NCBI GenBank assembly: GCA_030141605.1
Contig: JAQGDQ010000851.1
Coordinates: 1 to 64,000, forward strand
Reading direction: 5' to 3'
DNA: 64,000 bases
From: Tubiluchus corallicola
Taxonomy: Eukaryota; Animalia; Priapulida
Part shown: one piece after another, positions 13,560-26,069 of the stretch
Numbering within the stretch: the first letter of the stretch is position 1
Layout: the number at the start of each line of letters is the position of its first letter
Position numbers and translations under genes: made by a program
Notes under the pieces: model-generated
What the model saw: only the letters and a program-made list of their open reading frames with translations
The model's database searches: none
What the model was told of the DNA's origin: nothing

Positions 13560-14047
13560 TTGTTGGCATCCTTCTGTCTCGGAAGACAATGGAGTGTGCG
13601 CCAGGAGCGTCAGTTATTGATCACATTGATGGAGCTGCAGCGTCATCTGTGGCTGAGCAGTGCGATCCTTGAACCACTGGAATGGCCTCTCCAGGGCGCA
13701 CGCCTGGGCAAGGTGTATGGAGATCCTGAGTTGCCCAAACAACAGGCATCCCTCTCTTCCTCCCTGGTGTAGGCCAAAGGAAAGTGGAGCGATACGTTTG
13801 GCACCAGGTTGGCTGCAGGAGCTGCCGGAGTCAGTGAGCATGCTGCACTGGTCCGCCTTCGGGGCTCCACTCCTGATTTGGAAGGTTTACTCCTCTACAC
13901 ATGGCCGTTGGGTCACTTGAACTCCTCCGCCCTCTAGGCGTTGGCTGCCTGTGCAGCTCCTGCCATCCAAGTCCTAACCAGGCTCTACGTTTCTTAGCTT
14001 CAGTGATCAGACGAGAACCGGTGTTTTCAACGTGATTTGGCCGTAGC
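13560..14047 (-). mobile_element. 5S rRNA-headed SINE (SINE3-type) with bipartite RTE-clade body and 3' tail
   Basis: Minus strand begins GCTACGGCCAAATCACGTTGAAAACACCGGTTCTCGTCTGATCACTGAAGCTAAGAAACGTAGAGCCTGGTTAGGACTTGGATGG (5S nt ~1-90); middle resembles an RTE 5'UTR (GGCAGCTCCTGCAGCCAACCTGGTGCCAAACGTATCG...CCTTTGG); ends CCATTGTCTTCCGAGACAGAAGGATGCCAACAA like RTE 3' termini. Confidence 0.75.
13963..14047 (-). pseudogene. Truncated 5S rRNA-derived segment (SINE head, not a full 5S gene)
   Basis: Matches the metazoan 5S 5' ~85 nt including A box and start of C box; lacks the 3' ~30 nt and T-run terminator. Confidence 0.85.
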
Positions 14048-14292
14048 GCCACTAGTGTATGTGTAAGTGTAATCACAACAATTGTTGCGCTGAAAATTGA
14101 GCAATGAGAGACCACATATACGATAGCCCTGAAGCTAATAATTTTCTTGTTAAAGGCGTACAGACAGTTTGTGCAAAACGTGAAAGATCACAGCAGCCTC
14201 TGGGCAGCGCAAGCTGTATGTCTTCATCTCAAAGTTTTAGTTTCTTGGTCGAAGAAAGGGATAAGTACTCATAAGCTATTGGACGAGGCAGT

Positions 14293-14707
14293 CAGGGGTA
14301 TCAAGTCGTATACGACGCCCTGGGCTGATAGTCCTGTCCCGCCCGTCTGTATTGTGAATGTATGCTTGCTTATGTAATGAGCAGATTAAACAATTACTTG
14401 TGGTGTATTAGAAACACTATTAACGTAGTTTCTTCGTGTCACTATGAATTCCATGTATTTGCATAGCGCTTATATTCAAGCAGGCTGCGCAACTGCTTGT
14501 TGTGTAATACCTTACACCTGTTCGTTATGTGGCACTTATATAGAAGCTCTGCCCAGTAACTGCCTGTAGTGTGTTATAAAATGTCATGAATATGAAAGTA
14601 TACACATTTTCCGAGAAGAATAATGTTTTTTTTCTAAAATGTGACGTCCCTCAAACTTTGCCGATCTAGGCTATAGCCTAGTTAGTCTATCGGTTAATAG
14701 GCCCCTG
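14293..14707. mobile_element. hAT-like MITE family E (415 bp)
   Basis: Ends CAGGGG...GCCCCTG; decayed 8-bp TSD GAGGCAGT/CAGACAGT; inverted copy at 28636-29057. Confidence 0.8.
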
Positions 14708-15409
14708 CAGACAGTATAGTGCCTCGTCGTATATTTGTAAAAGTATGTGCTCTTGGCAACTGTCTCCGTCACTAATGACCCCGTCTTGTGGCTGATTGAT
14801 GAGACCTTGAAAGATTTTTCTGCAGTAAAATCGTATCTCGAGTGCGCCACAAGTTTTAGTCTGCAGATTTCGGGGGCGGTTGATGTTGATCCCAACATGC
14901 ATGGTAGTAAATTTTAAAAAATTCCTGCGTATGTGACAAGACTTAGTTTTCCGCTATGCGTACGTGCCATGCGCCACATTTGTGATGCGTTAAGTTATTC
15001 CTGCGCGGAATCCTTGTTTTCAAATGCTCTTGTGTTATAGCACGGAGGATATTCTGCGTAGCCGTTATTGGCTTTGTTTGGCGACTGTTTTCTTAGCTTT
15101 ACTTTCTGTGCTTAAAGTTCTCTGTGATGTTCAAATGCCTCCCGGGCAGAAGCTTGTGTGTTTGGCGTTAAAATTCGTGACCTTCGTCGAGTCATTTCAG
15201 TGTACGAACAGCGCACCAGTGCTGCAGTGTGGGACTTCAGTTGCTGTGAATCCGATTTGGGTTACAGCCCCACCTGTGGGCGCGTAGAAGGGTGAGTAAA
15301 AAGTTCAACTTTAATAACACAATAGCGCCGTCTGCGGTAACAAATTGGCTTACGCTATATGCATGATTTAAAAGAGGCTGATGATGTATGAACCTCTAAT
15401 TAACCAAAA

Positions 15410-15582
15410 ACACGCACATGCACACGTGCACGCACACACACACACACGCACACACGCACGCATGCACGCAAACACACGCGCGCGCGCGCACACACGCACG
15501 CACGCAAACACACACGTGCGCGCACACACACGCACGCACGCACGCACACACACACACACACGCACGCACACACACACACACA
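15410..15582. repeat. (CA)n/(CG)n compound microsatellite
   Basis: Direct reading; alternating purine-pyrimidine. Confidence 0.95.
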
Positions 15583-15585
15583 GAC

Positions 15586-15874
15586 GATCTTATTGACAAG
15601 ATAAAATAATTTAAACTTTTGCTCGGTTAACGGAGAGCGCGCCACGAATGCTCTGATTACTTTTTCAAACTTCGCGCAATGTTATCTAAACTTGTTTCAA
15701 ATGACCTTCCATTAAAATGGCTGCGCCTAACGATCATCGCGGGAGTTTAAAAAAACATTGTAGTTTTATACAGCGTTCCTGCTAACGCAAGGCCTGTATA
15801 CAATTAGACAGCATGTAAGTGATGTAAAATTTCTAGACGAACCTTTATTTATGAAGAGGGTTTTCTTGTGCTTT
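15586..15874 (+). mobile_element. Kolobok-like MITE family B, right half
   Basis: ATCTTATTGACAAGAT...AAAATGGCTGCGCCTAACG...GGGTTTTCTTGTGCTTT. Confidence 0.75.
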
Positions 15875-15924
15875 CGGTTGCATTACATTAAATAGCTGGA
15901 GGCAATTTTGTCTTTGCAGATGCC

Positions 15925-15985
15925 CAGAACCGAGTGGTCACCCATCCATTTACTGACTAGGTCTGGTCTTCGCTTCCTTCACTTT
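15925..15985 (-). pseudogene. Degenerate 5S rRNA internal-control-region fragment
   Basis: Minus strand GAAGGAAGCGAAGACCAGACCTAGTCAGTAAATGGATGGGTGACCAC resembles 5S A box, IE and C box. Confidence 0.5.
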
Positions 15986-16309
15986 ACTTAATCGTCATTT
16001 AACGAAGAAATTCACAGACATTAACCGAAAAAAGGTGAAAGGTTTTGTCACTGTGATTAAATTCCGTGTGTGTTGGTCATCCTTTCGCAACTCGGTTTCA
16101 CTGCTTCTTGAATGCTTGAAAATTTTAGACGTGTGAACCGGCCCTAGGACTAGCGAAGAAGCCTATGCGAAGCGGCACCATGTGATGTATGTAATGGGGA
16201 ACAATTGTGGGGACTGATTGAAATCACCACAGAAAGGGCTGCCCTCCATGGGGACACAGTGACCAAACGACTAAAGGGCGACCCATTCAAGCCGCCATAG
16301 CAAAAGCAT

Positions 16310-16978
16310 TTAAAGGTATGACCAGGCCTTCAGGGAAATTAGACTTATTTCAATTTTCCGGAAAGATGTCGAAAGAATTTAGTAATAAAAGTGTGATAAG
16401 CGCCTTGTGCAATTAGTCAAATCATGTTAACGTCTGGATGATTCCACGTTTGGACGCTCCCATTTTGAACAGCAATTCTTACACCGATGACGTCATTCAC
16501 CGACTAAATAAAAGTAGCGCACTGTCAGTTTCTGTTAAAAGTTTACTAAGTTTTTGCAAGAAATGAGCTAATTTTGTGATAATTTTGCATGAACAGCGAG
16601 CCCAAGTATTGGTGACATCACAAACTAACATAATTTTTAACAGCAAAAATATTCCGCGAGCGTGTTTGTGAAAGACAAAAATTGAAGTACGTTGCTACTG
16701 TGAGATATTCAGTGTGTTGTACTAAAACTAGGCAAGTTTTAAGGTAAAAATTCAAATGTCTAACGTTTCCAAAATGCAGGCGCTGGTGCTCGTTTAACTA
16801 TCGAATGGCAAAATGCAGGTAACAGTGAAGAACTAGTGGCGTGAACGTGAAATTGTGTTTGTTCGGTAATAATTCTTTCACGTAAGTCACTCTTGAAAAA
16901 ATAGTATGTTTGCTTTCAATATTTTAAAGAGCAGATTGTTTTGACCTGCAGTTTAAGATTGGCTCCGGTTTTGCTTAA
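16310..16978 (+). mobile_element. Chimeric Kolobok-like MITE: family C left part joined to family A right part
   Basis: TTAAAGG start; 16310-16590 aligns to 40542-40920; 16595-16978 aligns to family A; ends TTTTGCTTAA. Confidence 0.7.
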
Positions 16979-19900
16979 GTTCTCACACAGTTTTGGTTGT
17001 ACTGTTATGTTTCTGAGCATCACTACCAGAGGGCGTAAATGAATATTATTTGCACTCTTAAAATTAAGTGAACAAGCTGGCTTCAACTACTACAGGAATT
17101 CATAGTTGTCAAAGTCACCTAAACGCTGCTAGGCGGTAATAATCTCCCCTTTTTACTGACTCACGTAGTTAAACGTAGCAGTTTATGTAGGTGTTTTTAC
17201 AAAAGGCAATAAGGAAACGGGGTTCATTTTACAAGCACCTACATCATCAAAGTCGAATCAGCATTGCGAAGCACTTCAAAGAATGGCGGCTTCAGACAGG
17301 CATCGACGCTGGCGCCCCAGGTGGTGAAGCTACGAACTCGCCTCAACTGTCGCGCGAAGTGTTTTTGATCTTTCGCGCGGGAAAGACTTGAGAGATTCAA
17401 ATTGCCTTGGGCGTCCTTTCAGGTCTTTACTAAACATCGTCGTGCAATCTTTTTAGAGTATCATAAAGCAAATATTTGCTCTGCATGGATTTCCTATGTC
17501 CTAGGCGTGGCTTCTCTCCTGGTTTCTGAGCGTTTCTTATTTACAGCGTAAGAGTTTTATAAATCGTAGACAGAATGAGCGAGCATGCAAACAAAGTAGT
17601 TAACCAACCAGCCCATAAACCAGCTATCCAACCAATCCGTCAAACAACCAGTCACGCAACTAATCATCAGCCAAGCAGCCGATCAGTTGCGTGTTCTCAC
17701 CATAGGCAATATTTGAAATATAAAACCTGTAAAGGTATTCCGACTGTAAAATGGCTATACCAGGTAAATGCGTTGAATTGTGTTAGAGTTTTATGAATGC
17801 TCTTTCTTTATGGCAAATGCCATGTTTGCAAAGCTACCTTGGAAAATTAGTCCGGAATGCGAAGCATTCGTTTACTTGATTATTAAGTTTTCTACCGCAT
17901 TGCCTGGTCATTGCATTTAGAACGCCATTTAGTATTGCCATAGAATCCATTTTTTCGTTAGAGGTCACTGTTTTGTGACGTCACAATGTGAAAACTGGTT
18001 AAAAACTTGTTACGTGATAAGCAACAACTAGAACACGGCGAAACAGGCTTGTTTATACAATGCCCTCGAGTAACACAAAATAAAAAAAATGACAAGAAAA
18101 ACAAAAACAACTGTATTTAGTAGACGGAAGTGCTTGCCTTTGCTTGTGAGTGCATTAGTGTCAGCACAACAGAACTATAGATGTTCTCAAGCTCCTCCAA
18201 GAAGGGCACTTGAACTGAACAGTTGCCCAATTAAATGTCCCGTAATGAGCAACGTATTTGCTGCATTCACCTAATTAAGTTCACTAAATGTTATTTCTTC
18301 CCATATTAGGAAAGTTTTGCTTAAAAGAAACCAGCAAATTGAACAAATCCAACCATATCGATCGCAAGGCCATTTGAACAGCTCCCTCAAAGTTACCCGA
18401 AGGACTTCAGACTTCTCCAAGCGGGTAAAAAAGAGCGTTCTTTTTTCGAGCGAGTACGCCTGGACGTTTCTATGCGAAGCCTTCAGCTGTGGGAGTTTCA
18501 GAAGCTGCAGGAGCAATATTAATGGGTCGTGGAAGCCTTTGATTGCGTGCCCCACGGATTACTCCAGCAAAGCTGGCTGGCGATTTTTTCCGGGATTAAT
18601 CCAGTGCTATCCTGTCATCGTGCTGGGCGGCTGTTTCTCAAATTATGAAGTTGATCGAGTGATATCTTTAATAAAAAGCGATTATGAGATGATAAAGGCG
18701 AGCCATTTTTCTTCGCATCCAATTTCGCCCGCTGTCGTAAGAATTGTATAACTGCTAACTACCCTAGGAGTTTATCGACATAAATTATAGCTGGATTGAA
18801 ACACTGGATTGCCTGTGTTTGACAAAAGTTAGGGGCTGTTGGCTAATTTACTTCCACAGCAAAGCACACACAAAGTTGTTATGCTCAGCTGTGGTTTGAT
18901 AATTGATTATGCAGGTGTTTGTGCTCCTGCTAATAAGCCTTTTCACAGTTCCGTGATTGATCATTATCATTAAGAGGTCAAGGGTCAAATGTACCAGACA
19001 ACACATTTGTGTGCACTTGACAACACCTCTCAGCCCATGCTGTTGTAATAGTGACAGTTTAACAGGTAACTAGAACCTTACCTAGTTGATTTTTTTCTTA
19101 TTCCCAAGCAAGATCCTACTAGAAAATCACTCAACACACAGACCAAGGCATAATTATATAAAGTCCACATAAAACAACTGAAGTTACTGAACTAATGCAG
19201 CAGTCGGCCTTGGTTTACACAGATGTCACCATGTAGGTAAGACGCATTGCTGTGGTACGGTTTACCTTTAACCTGCAGCAATTGCGCATGTGCACAACGA
19301 AACTGTGAAAAGGCTTATTGATTCCTGAAAAATGATCCAAGCACCTAGGGATGAAGTTCCTGCAAAACGAGGCTAAAGTGTTGTTTAGCAATAACCAAAG
19401 ATGTAGTCGTCTTGAAAATTCCAGAAATGTTGTGTTGAAAATTTTGAAATGAATGTTGCATGCTACCCAGTTCACAGTCGAAGTTGAGCAGTGCTGCATT
19501 TAGTGGGTGAATGGTTAGTTGGCACCTGGATGCCACCTGAGGATGCCCTGCCGTTGCTTGCTCAGTACGCTTTTATTCGCCATACATTACTTTACATCCA
19601 GTCATAGACACCGCTGCTGGTTCTGTGGCTCATTGTGAAGGGTTAAACTTGATAATGAGCGATGTTCTGATCCTGCCACATGCGCTTACGTCAAACAAAC
19701 CCTGTGATTGATTGCTGTATTCTGATTTATGGTGTGCCAAATTGCACTGAAAGAAAAAACAGTCACTGAAAAACTGTTTCTAGTAATAGAGCAGGTGAGT
19801 GGATATGATTGTTAATAACGAGGCTAAAGTATGTCCTTCGTCTTGGCTCCTGGAGTTCTTTTAGCCGAAAAGATTCGGCAATGGTGTCTTGTCCACATTG

Positions 19901-22709
19901 GGATGTACGTACATCCTCCATCAAAGAGGTGAATAGCTGGGGATGTGAGAGGTTGCATGCTTTTAGTAACCAGACCCTATTTTTCTTAACTGTTTTCTGA
20001 GAGGCTGTGTGCTTTTAGTAACCAGTCCCTGTTTTGACTAACTTCGTGGTTAAAGACACGTGATCTTCCTTTTCTTGCAAGATGCCTTCAATGTGTTTTC
20101 CTAGTGGTCTTCTTGTCTTCAACGCAGGTGCATTTATCGCGCCGTCTGACCAGATGCTCTTTATACCTACTTAAATTTGCCATTCTAATCAAAACATTCA
20201 CATAAGTCATTAATTTGTCTCTGTTCATTCATTAGCGCGCCGTGGCTAAGCCATGTGCACCTGTGTGGGGAGATGAAAAGAGAAACTCATTTGGACCATA
20301 ATGATCAATAATCACAGCAAGGTAGTTACAGATTCTGGCGAACTGGGTCAGCTAAACTTGGCTTCATTTAGACACACGCGTGCAAGGCTGCACGTGTTGC
20401 TAACCGCTTGTTGTGACGCAGACGTTGTCACAGCGAAGCCACGTTGCAAATCCCAGTTGAGCCCTCTGCTTGAGTACCTTCTGCAAATTGAGCATTTTAG
20501 ACGCTTGGTTTTACGCGGTTTTAATTACCTGTTGATCTTGAAGAATTGTCCCGTTGAGTGGCACAGTGGCAGAAGAAAAAGTTCTCAACACTCTCACCTA
20601 TTTGAGCAAAAGTGGAGTTTTTGCAATATCATAACCATTTATTGTTTGGTGGTCGTTGGGTGACTTGGTCGTACTGGCTTCTTCTGTATCTGTTTAGTAG
20701 AGCATTTCGTTTGCGGACATTTTGGTAAACCTTTTTTAGATATGCTTCTGTTTCTTCCTATATCTCACCGAGATTATGTTTTTCATATTTCTAATTTGTT
20801 GTTGTTAAGACCTACGCAGATAACATCTTGTCCTATCCACATAAGCCGCTTCTTTTTTATCCGTCGTTTTTGCTATTTTATTGAAGATTTCCAATTATTA
20901 CTTATTTGCTCCATTTTTTCTCATCTGTGTGCTGCGATGTGTTGAGAAAACAAGCAGCATTAATTAGCATAACTTAAATTACATACAGTAGCTTCTGGAT
21001 ACTAAGATTTTTTTGGATACTAAACATTTATCGGTTGTGGCAAATGGTGTCATCATCGATTGTTGATTCGGCACTTAATAATGTCGAACAATGTGAAGCT
21101 TCTCGGCTGACTCCCTGCTGCTTGTTTGAGCATCTTCCCTTCCCTTCCAGTTTGGCATTATAACTCAACACTTGTAATGAGTTTAGCATGACACAATTCA
21201 TGATCTGTACTCAGTCTTAATAAGCTTGCTTGTCGAATTTAGGCATTTTGTGTAGCTAAAAGACCCAATTATGCTCTGTTCTCGTGTATAAGAATGATGC
21301 CTAAAGATAAACTCATTAGGCAGCCTGCTGTTCCAGAAAGATGTACCGTAACTAGACACCTGAGGAAACAAGCTGAAGTCATCATCTTTGATTAGAGGAG
21401 CAATATGGGTATCATTATTAGAGGATGTAGGCGAAGTAGAACGCTCGTTTCCCGGGAAGACTGCTCACGTCGTAAATGAAGCCATAGCATGCCACTGCAT
21501 CTTTGATTGAAACCCTGTTATTATGTACAGAAACGCCTTCACTATTTCATTCGTGTTCCAAACGCGATTATTCTAAAGAGAATAATAAAGAGAACATTAA
21601 CAAGTAAGAAAAATAAAGGGAATGATAAACAGAAGCTTAATACATAAGATGAAGACAATCTGTTGGTCAAACTACTTTCATAAATTCACAGATCGTATTC
21701 GTAAACTTAATTAAATTATTTAAATACATGAAACTTACATCGTTGGCTCTTCATCAAGATGCAAAATATCATCAAAGCACACATTTTAGCAATAACTAAA
21801 ACACTGCTGTTCACTAACACAGTAATGAGAGAAAAAACATTGCTGTGAACAAGAATGTGGCCATCATTGTTCTACAGCCCTTCTCTCTTCTCCAATCCCA
21901 TCCCTGCATGTAGAGGGCAGCACTTCCAGTAAATAAGTGTCATTATGTGCTTTGCAGTTACATCTGTTGATGTTTACTTTCCAACGTCCTTTCCTTTGGT
22001 TTTTCCTTTTAGTGTTGCTTTCCTGTAACGTTAACAACCAAGAAGTCTAAATGAAGCTCTGATGTCAACTGAAGTTGGCTACATATCACCTCATTCTGGC
22101 CCTTATTTTTGTGTTCGAGGTCTAAAACATGGCTTCACATCTGTCTGGCATTAATCACCGCTTTGCTTCAGAATTCATTTTTGGCTTTGGGCCACATTTG
22201 TGGCTTCTATCTTTTTGTTAGTTTACACCTCCCACTCTACGCATTCATTACCTAGCTTGCTTTCAAATCTGGCTGGCTTCATTTTTGTTTTGAGACTCCA
22301 CGTCATCAGATGCCATTTTGGCTTTAGGTTTATCAGCATTGTAGTTTATTCTCAGTTTTTTTTAAATCAGCCAAAACAAGGCCAGAGGTCACTGGTCAAG
22401 ATAAGGGGCTCCAGGGCTGCAATAGAAAGGTGAAAATATGAATCCAGGTTCACATGATTAGCTATTTTTTCTGATCAGGGATTCCGCAGGTAAGAGGCCC
22501 GTGTGAAAATCGACTTTATAAGTGCTCAGCTGTTCCACAGCTGTAGATATTCAGGGAATCTACGATCTGCGAATGTGACAAGCAGTAGAAGATGGACTCG
22601 GTGAATGGAGGATGGGTGATTCTGTAAGAGATGGATATTCTGAGCAAACTGTTTATGAACTAATGGCTAGAGGTCATGAAAGCACCTTTCATCAAGCTGC
22701 AAAAGAAAC

Positions 22710-23331
22710 GAAGCAAAACAGGACGATTTTTCATGTCCTACCCCATTTTGGAGCACGGTAAAAGTACACATCTTAACACATATAATAATGCCAAAGCATT
22801 TCTGATAATTAAATAATCGGTTAAAAACTTAATGAATGGTCTGCGAGCCCAGGTAATAATGACGTCACAAACGAACACAATTTTCAACAGCAGAAACATT
22901 CCATGAGCGTGTTGAAAGTGTTTGCGAAAGCGAATATGGAAGTGCAGTGCTAGTGTGTAACATTCAGTGCAATACACAAAAACTCGTCAAATTTTAAGAT
23001 AAAAATTGAAATTTAAAATTTACCGCTGTGCTCACGCATGAGCTGTCAAACGTATGTATTACGCCACAGACGAACAACTGGATTGAGAGGTATAGCACCT
23101 GTTTTTTGTGCAGCGCATTACCGAATTGCAGGCGCTAGTGCACATCTAAATACCAAACGCCGAACTGCATGTAACAGCAATGAACCAGCCACAAGAACCC
23201 GAAATTACTTTTGCATGGTAATAATTCTTTCACGTAAGTCATTCCTTAAAAAATACTATGTTTCCTTTCTATATTGTAAATAGTTGATTAGTTTGTCCTA
23301 CGGTTTACGATTGGGTCGGACTTTCCTTTAG
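22710..23331 (+). mobile_element. Kolobok-like MITE family A, diverged full-length copy
   Basis: Colinear with 39373-39995; ends GGACTTTCCTTTAG. Confidence 0.8.
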
Positions 23332-23518
23332 TGTACCTTTGCTGTCACTTTCCGTTCCTATTTCGTACCTAATTCTTAGCTTCAAAGCAATCTTGCGATT
23401 CAGATTTATACCCGGCTTCAATTCAGACTGCATTTCTTGCTTTGGACTGCAGTTTGTCAGTTGTGAATTTGATCCCCTCGTCGTACATGCGCAGAAGCCG
23501 TGCAACGCAATAAATTAC

Positions 23519-23665
23519 CGAATTAAAGACGTTTGTCGTCTGTCCACTTTCTCGTTTGATCTGTTTCGTTCGGGCGTAATTCTTCTTCGTTCTCTTTTAA
23601 CTGGTTCGGATTTCGGGTCATTTTCAAACGACGCAACCAGGTTAACTGCTCTGCCACACACTATA
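23519..23665 (-). CDS. Candidate internal coding exon (147 nt, phase 2-2), unknown charged protein
   Basis: TTTCAATCTGTGCAG acceptor, CG/GTAATT donor, open frame IVCGRAVNLVASFENDPKSEPVKRERRRITPERNRSNEKVDRRQTSLI; no family recognised. Confidence 0.25.
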
Positions 23666-24239
23666 CTGCACAGATTGAAAGTTGTGCTCAATCAGCCGAA
23701 GGCTTGCCAAATAAAATGACTTGTATGAATTAATAATGGCTTGAACTATTACTGCTATTAATCCCGCTATTCTCCTGAATGGGCACTAGGACTTCTGCTA
23801 ATGGGACCCTTGTGCTTTGATAAGAAGATGAATTCTGGGGCCATTTTTCAGCTTAATGCCTTCGCCACTTCTCCGAGCAATCGGATAATCTTTGAGGCTA
23901 TGAACCGTGGAATGAACCATGGCAATTAAGTTAACAAAATCTAGCAAAGTCGGGAACGATTGTAAAAGATTAATGAATGGCACATGTCTGATGTTTTGCT
24001 TTTCTGGCACCCCTTGCAGGACGCCTTGGAGTCCTTAATTAAACTGGGTTTCTTAAAGTCGGTATTTGTGTTTGTTTACAGTAGCTGCGACAGTGGCGCC
24101 ACTGTCACCGGTGATCCAACGGGAAAAATAAGAAAGGACTACAAAAACTACATGTTCATTTTATACTGCTAACAATATAATGTAATAATAAATTTCTTTT
24201 TTGTTATAAAATTACACATCATTGGACGTCATTTTACGA

Positions 24240-25195
24240 TATTTTACGTCAAGTGGGCATGCATTCCAGAAAAAAAATATAGAGACTAGTCTTGCCTAAC
24301 TAGTCTCAACAACAATGCCTAACAACACGTATGATTAAGCGTTGTATCAGCAACAATGCCTAACGACACGTATGATTAAGCACGGTGAACTACACATCCA
24401 AGAATTGATAGTGTAACTAGTGTTTCCACTGCTGTGAGCAATAGTGTTATACAATAAAATGAATTTACAATTAAAAGCACAAGTGAGGTTGTAATTAATT
24501 GTATTAGTACATAAATTTAAAACTTTAAAACTAGAATAAAAATTGAAATTGGATGCATTATTGATGTTTTGTGTGAGTTGAATTTTTTGTGTGTAGTGGG
24601 ATTTAATCTGTTGATATGATGTCACTGCATGACAGGTTTTGATTTGCCACTGACTACAGACTACTGGGTGAAACGTTGATAATACATATAGGTGTGTTTT
24701 GATCTTATTATGTTAGTTCTTTCAAGGATATTATAGTATTTTTCAGTTCATTTTTGAATTTTCTTAGAGTCACTGCAGACTTTACATTAAGTGGGCACGC
24801 ATTCCATGTATTGAACATGCCTTCCATGTATAAAATGCATTCCATGTATTGAACATGCCTTCCATGTATAAAATGCATTCCATGTATTGAACATGCCTTC
24901 CGTGTATAAAATGCATTCCACGTATTGAATATGCCTTCCACGTATAACATACATTCCATGTATTGAATATGCCTTCCATGTATAACATACATTCCATGTA
25001 TTGAACATCCCTTGCATGTATAACATACATTCCATGTATTGAACATGCTTTCCATGTATAACATACATTCCATGTATGGAGCATGCCTTCCATGTATAAC
25101 ATACATTCCATGTTTGGAGCATGCCTTCCATGTATTTTACGTCAAGTGGGCATGCATTCCAGAAAACATTATTGCCTAAACTTTCATAAATGCAC
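24240..25195 (-). mobile_element. CR1/L2-group LINE 3' end remnant, rearranged
   Basis: WNACPLNVKSAVTLRKFKNELK* (24708-24806) matches the WN.LP..IK...L..FK..LK ORF2 terminus; WNACPLDVK copies at ~25140 and ~24250; 24380-24485 matches 61630-61740 in reverse. Confidence 0.7.
24800..25134. repeat. 38-bp minisatellite (20+18 subunits, ~9 units)
   Basis: ATGCATTCCATGTATTGAACATGCCTTCCATGTATAAA at 24835 and 24873. Confidence 0.92.
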
Positions 25196-25397
25196 TGTCT
25201 CAACAACAATGCCTAACAACACGTATGATTAAGCATTGTATCAGCAACAATGCCTAACAACACGTATGATTAAGCACTGTATCCGCAACAATGCCTAACA
25301 ACACGTATGATTAAGCACTGTGTCCGCAACAATGCCTAACAACACGTATGATTAAGCACTGTCTCAACAACAATGCCTAACAACACGTATGATTAAA
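25195..25397. repeat. 41-bp minisatellite (5 units; 2 more at 24303-24382)
   Basis: TATCAGCAACAATGCCTAACAACACGTATGATTAAGCACTG. Confidence 0.92.
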
Positions 25398-26069
25398 TAA
25401 CATTCGCATTTAATGCCTAGATCTGTGCAAGTTACACAAAACTCATGAGAAGAAGACAAGAATCGATTAACCAGAATGGTCATTTATCTCGAACGTGTCC
25501 ATATTACACACAATCTCAATATTGCATCTTTGGCATTTTTACGCGCATGCGCAGTATTGCCAGTCACTGGTTTTGCGCTGTCAGTTATCGGCTTTCTCGT
25601 TTTGACATTTCTATTAAATAGTCATATAATAACAGCTTCAGTATTAGTTTGATTTAAATTAGTGCGTAGCATTAGAACTGTGTGATTTTTCAGGGAATAT
25701 GTCTAGTGTTGGTTTTCTGCTTGCAGGAAAGAGAAACTACATTCAGGTTAAAAGCTTTTATTCGCTTGAGTGTGTAACAGTCACAAGGTTACTAGTAATC
25801 AGTGAAGTAGTTTTATATTTACATATATTTGTGTGGTCATACGTCCGAACTACTTTGTTTGTCAAAAGATGACCTTCTATCAGGTCAAGGTCACTACTAT
25901 GTTGTTTTTGTTGAAATTGTTTGTATGATTTTTACCCAAATTTGGCAAGCTATATCATAACATTTCACTAGAGTCTAGAGGCATTGTTTTTGTGGCCAGT
26001 TTCTTGAAATCTTGAGTCGTAGTTCAGAAAGGTCATGGTCATTCATGTTAACAGTATCCGTGAGTTGGA

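Noticed and set aside
13963-14047. Functional 5S rRNA gene
   Set aside because: Truncated in the C box, no T-run terminator, fused to retroelement-like sequence.
18089-22440. Short ORFs and coding-like stretches in unique sequence
   Set aside because: No recognisable domain, frequent stops and no consistent splice pattern; cannot be supported by eye.
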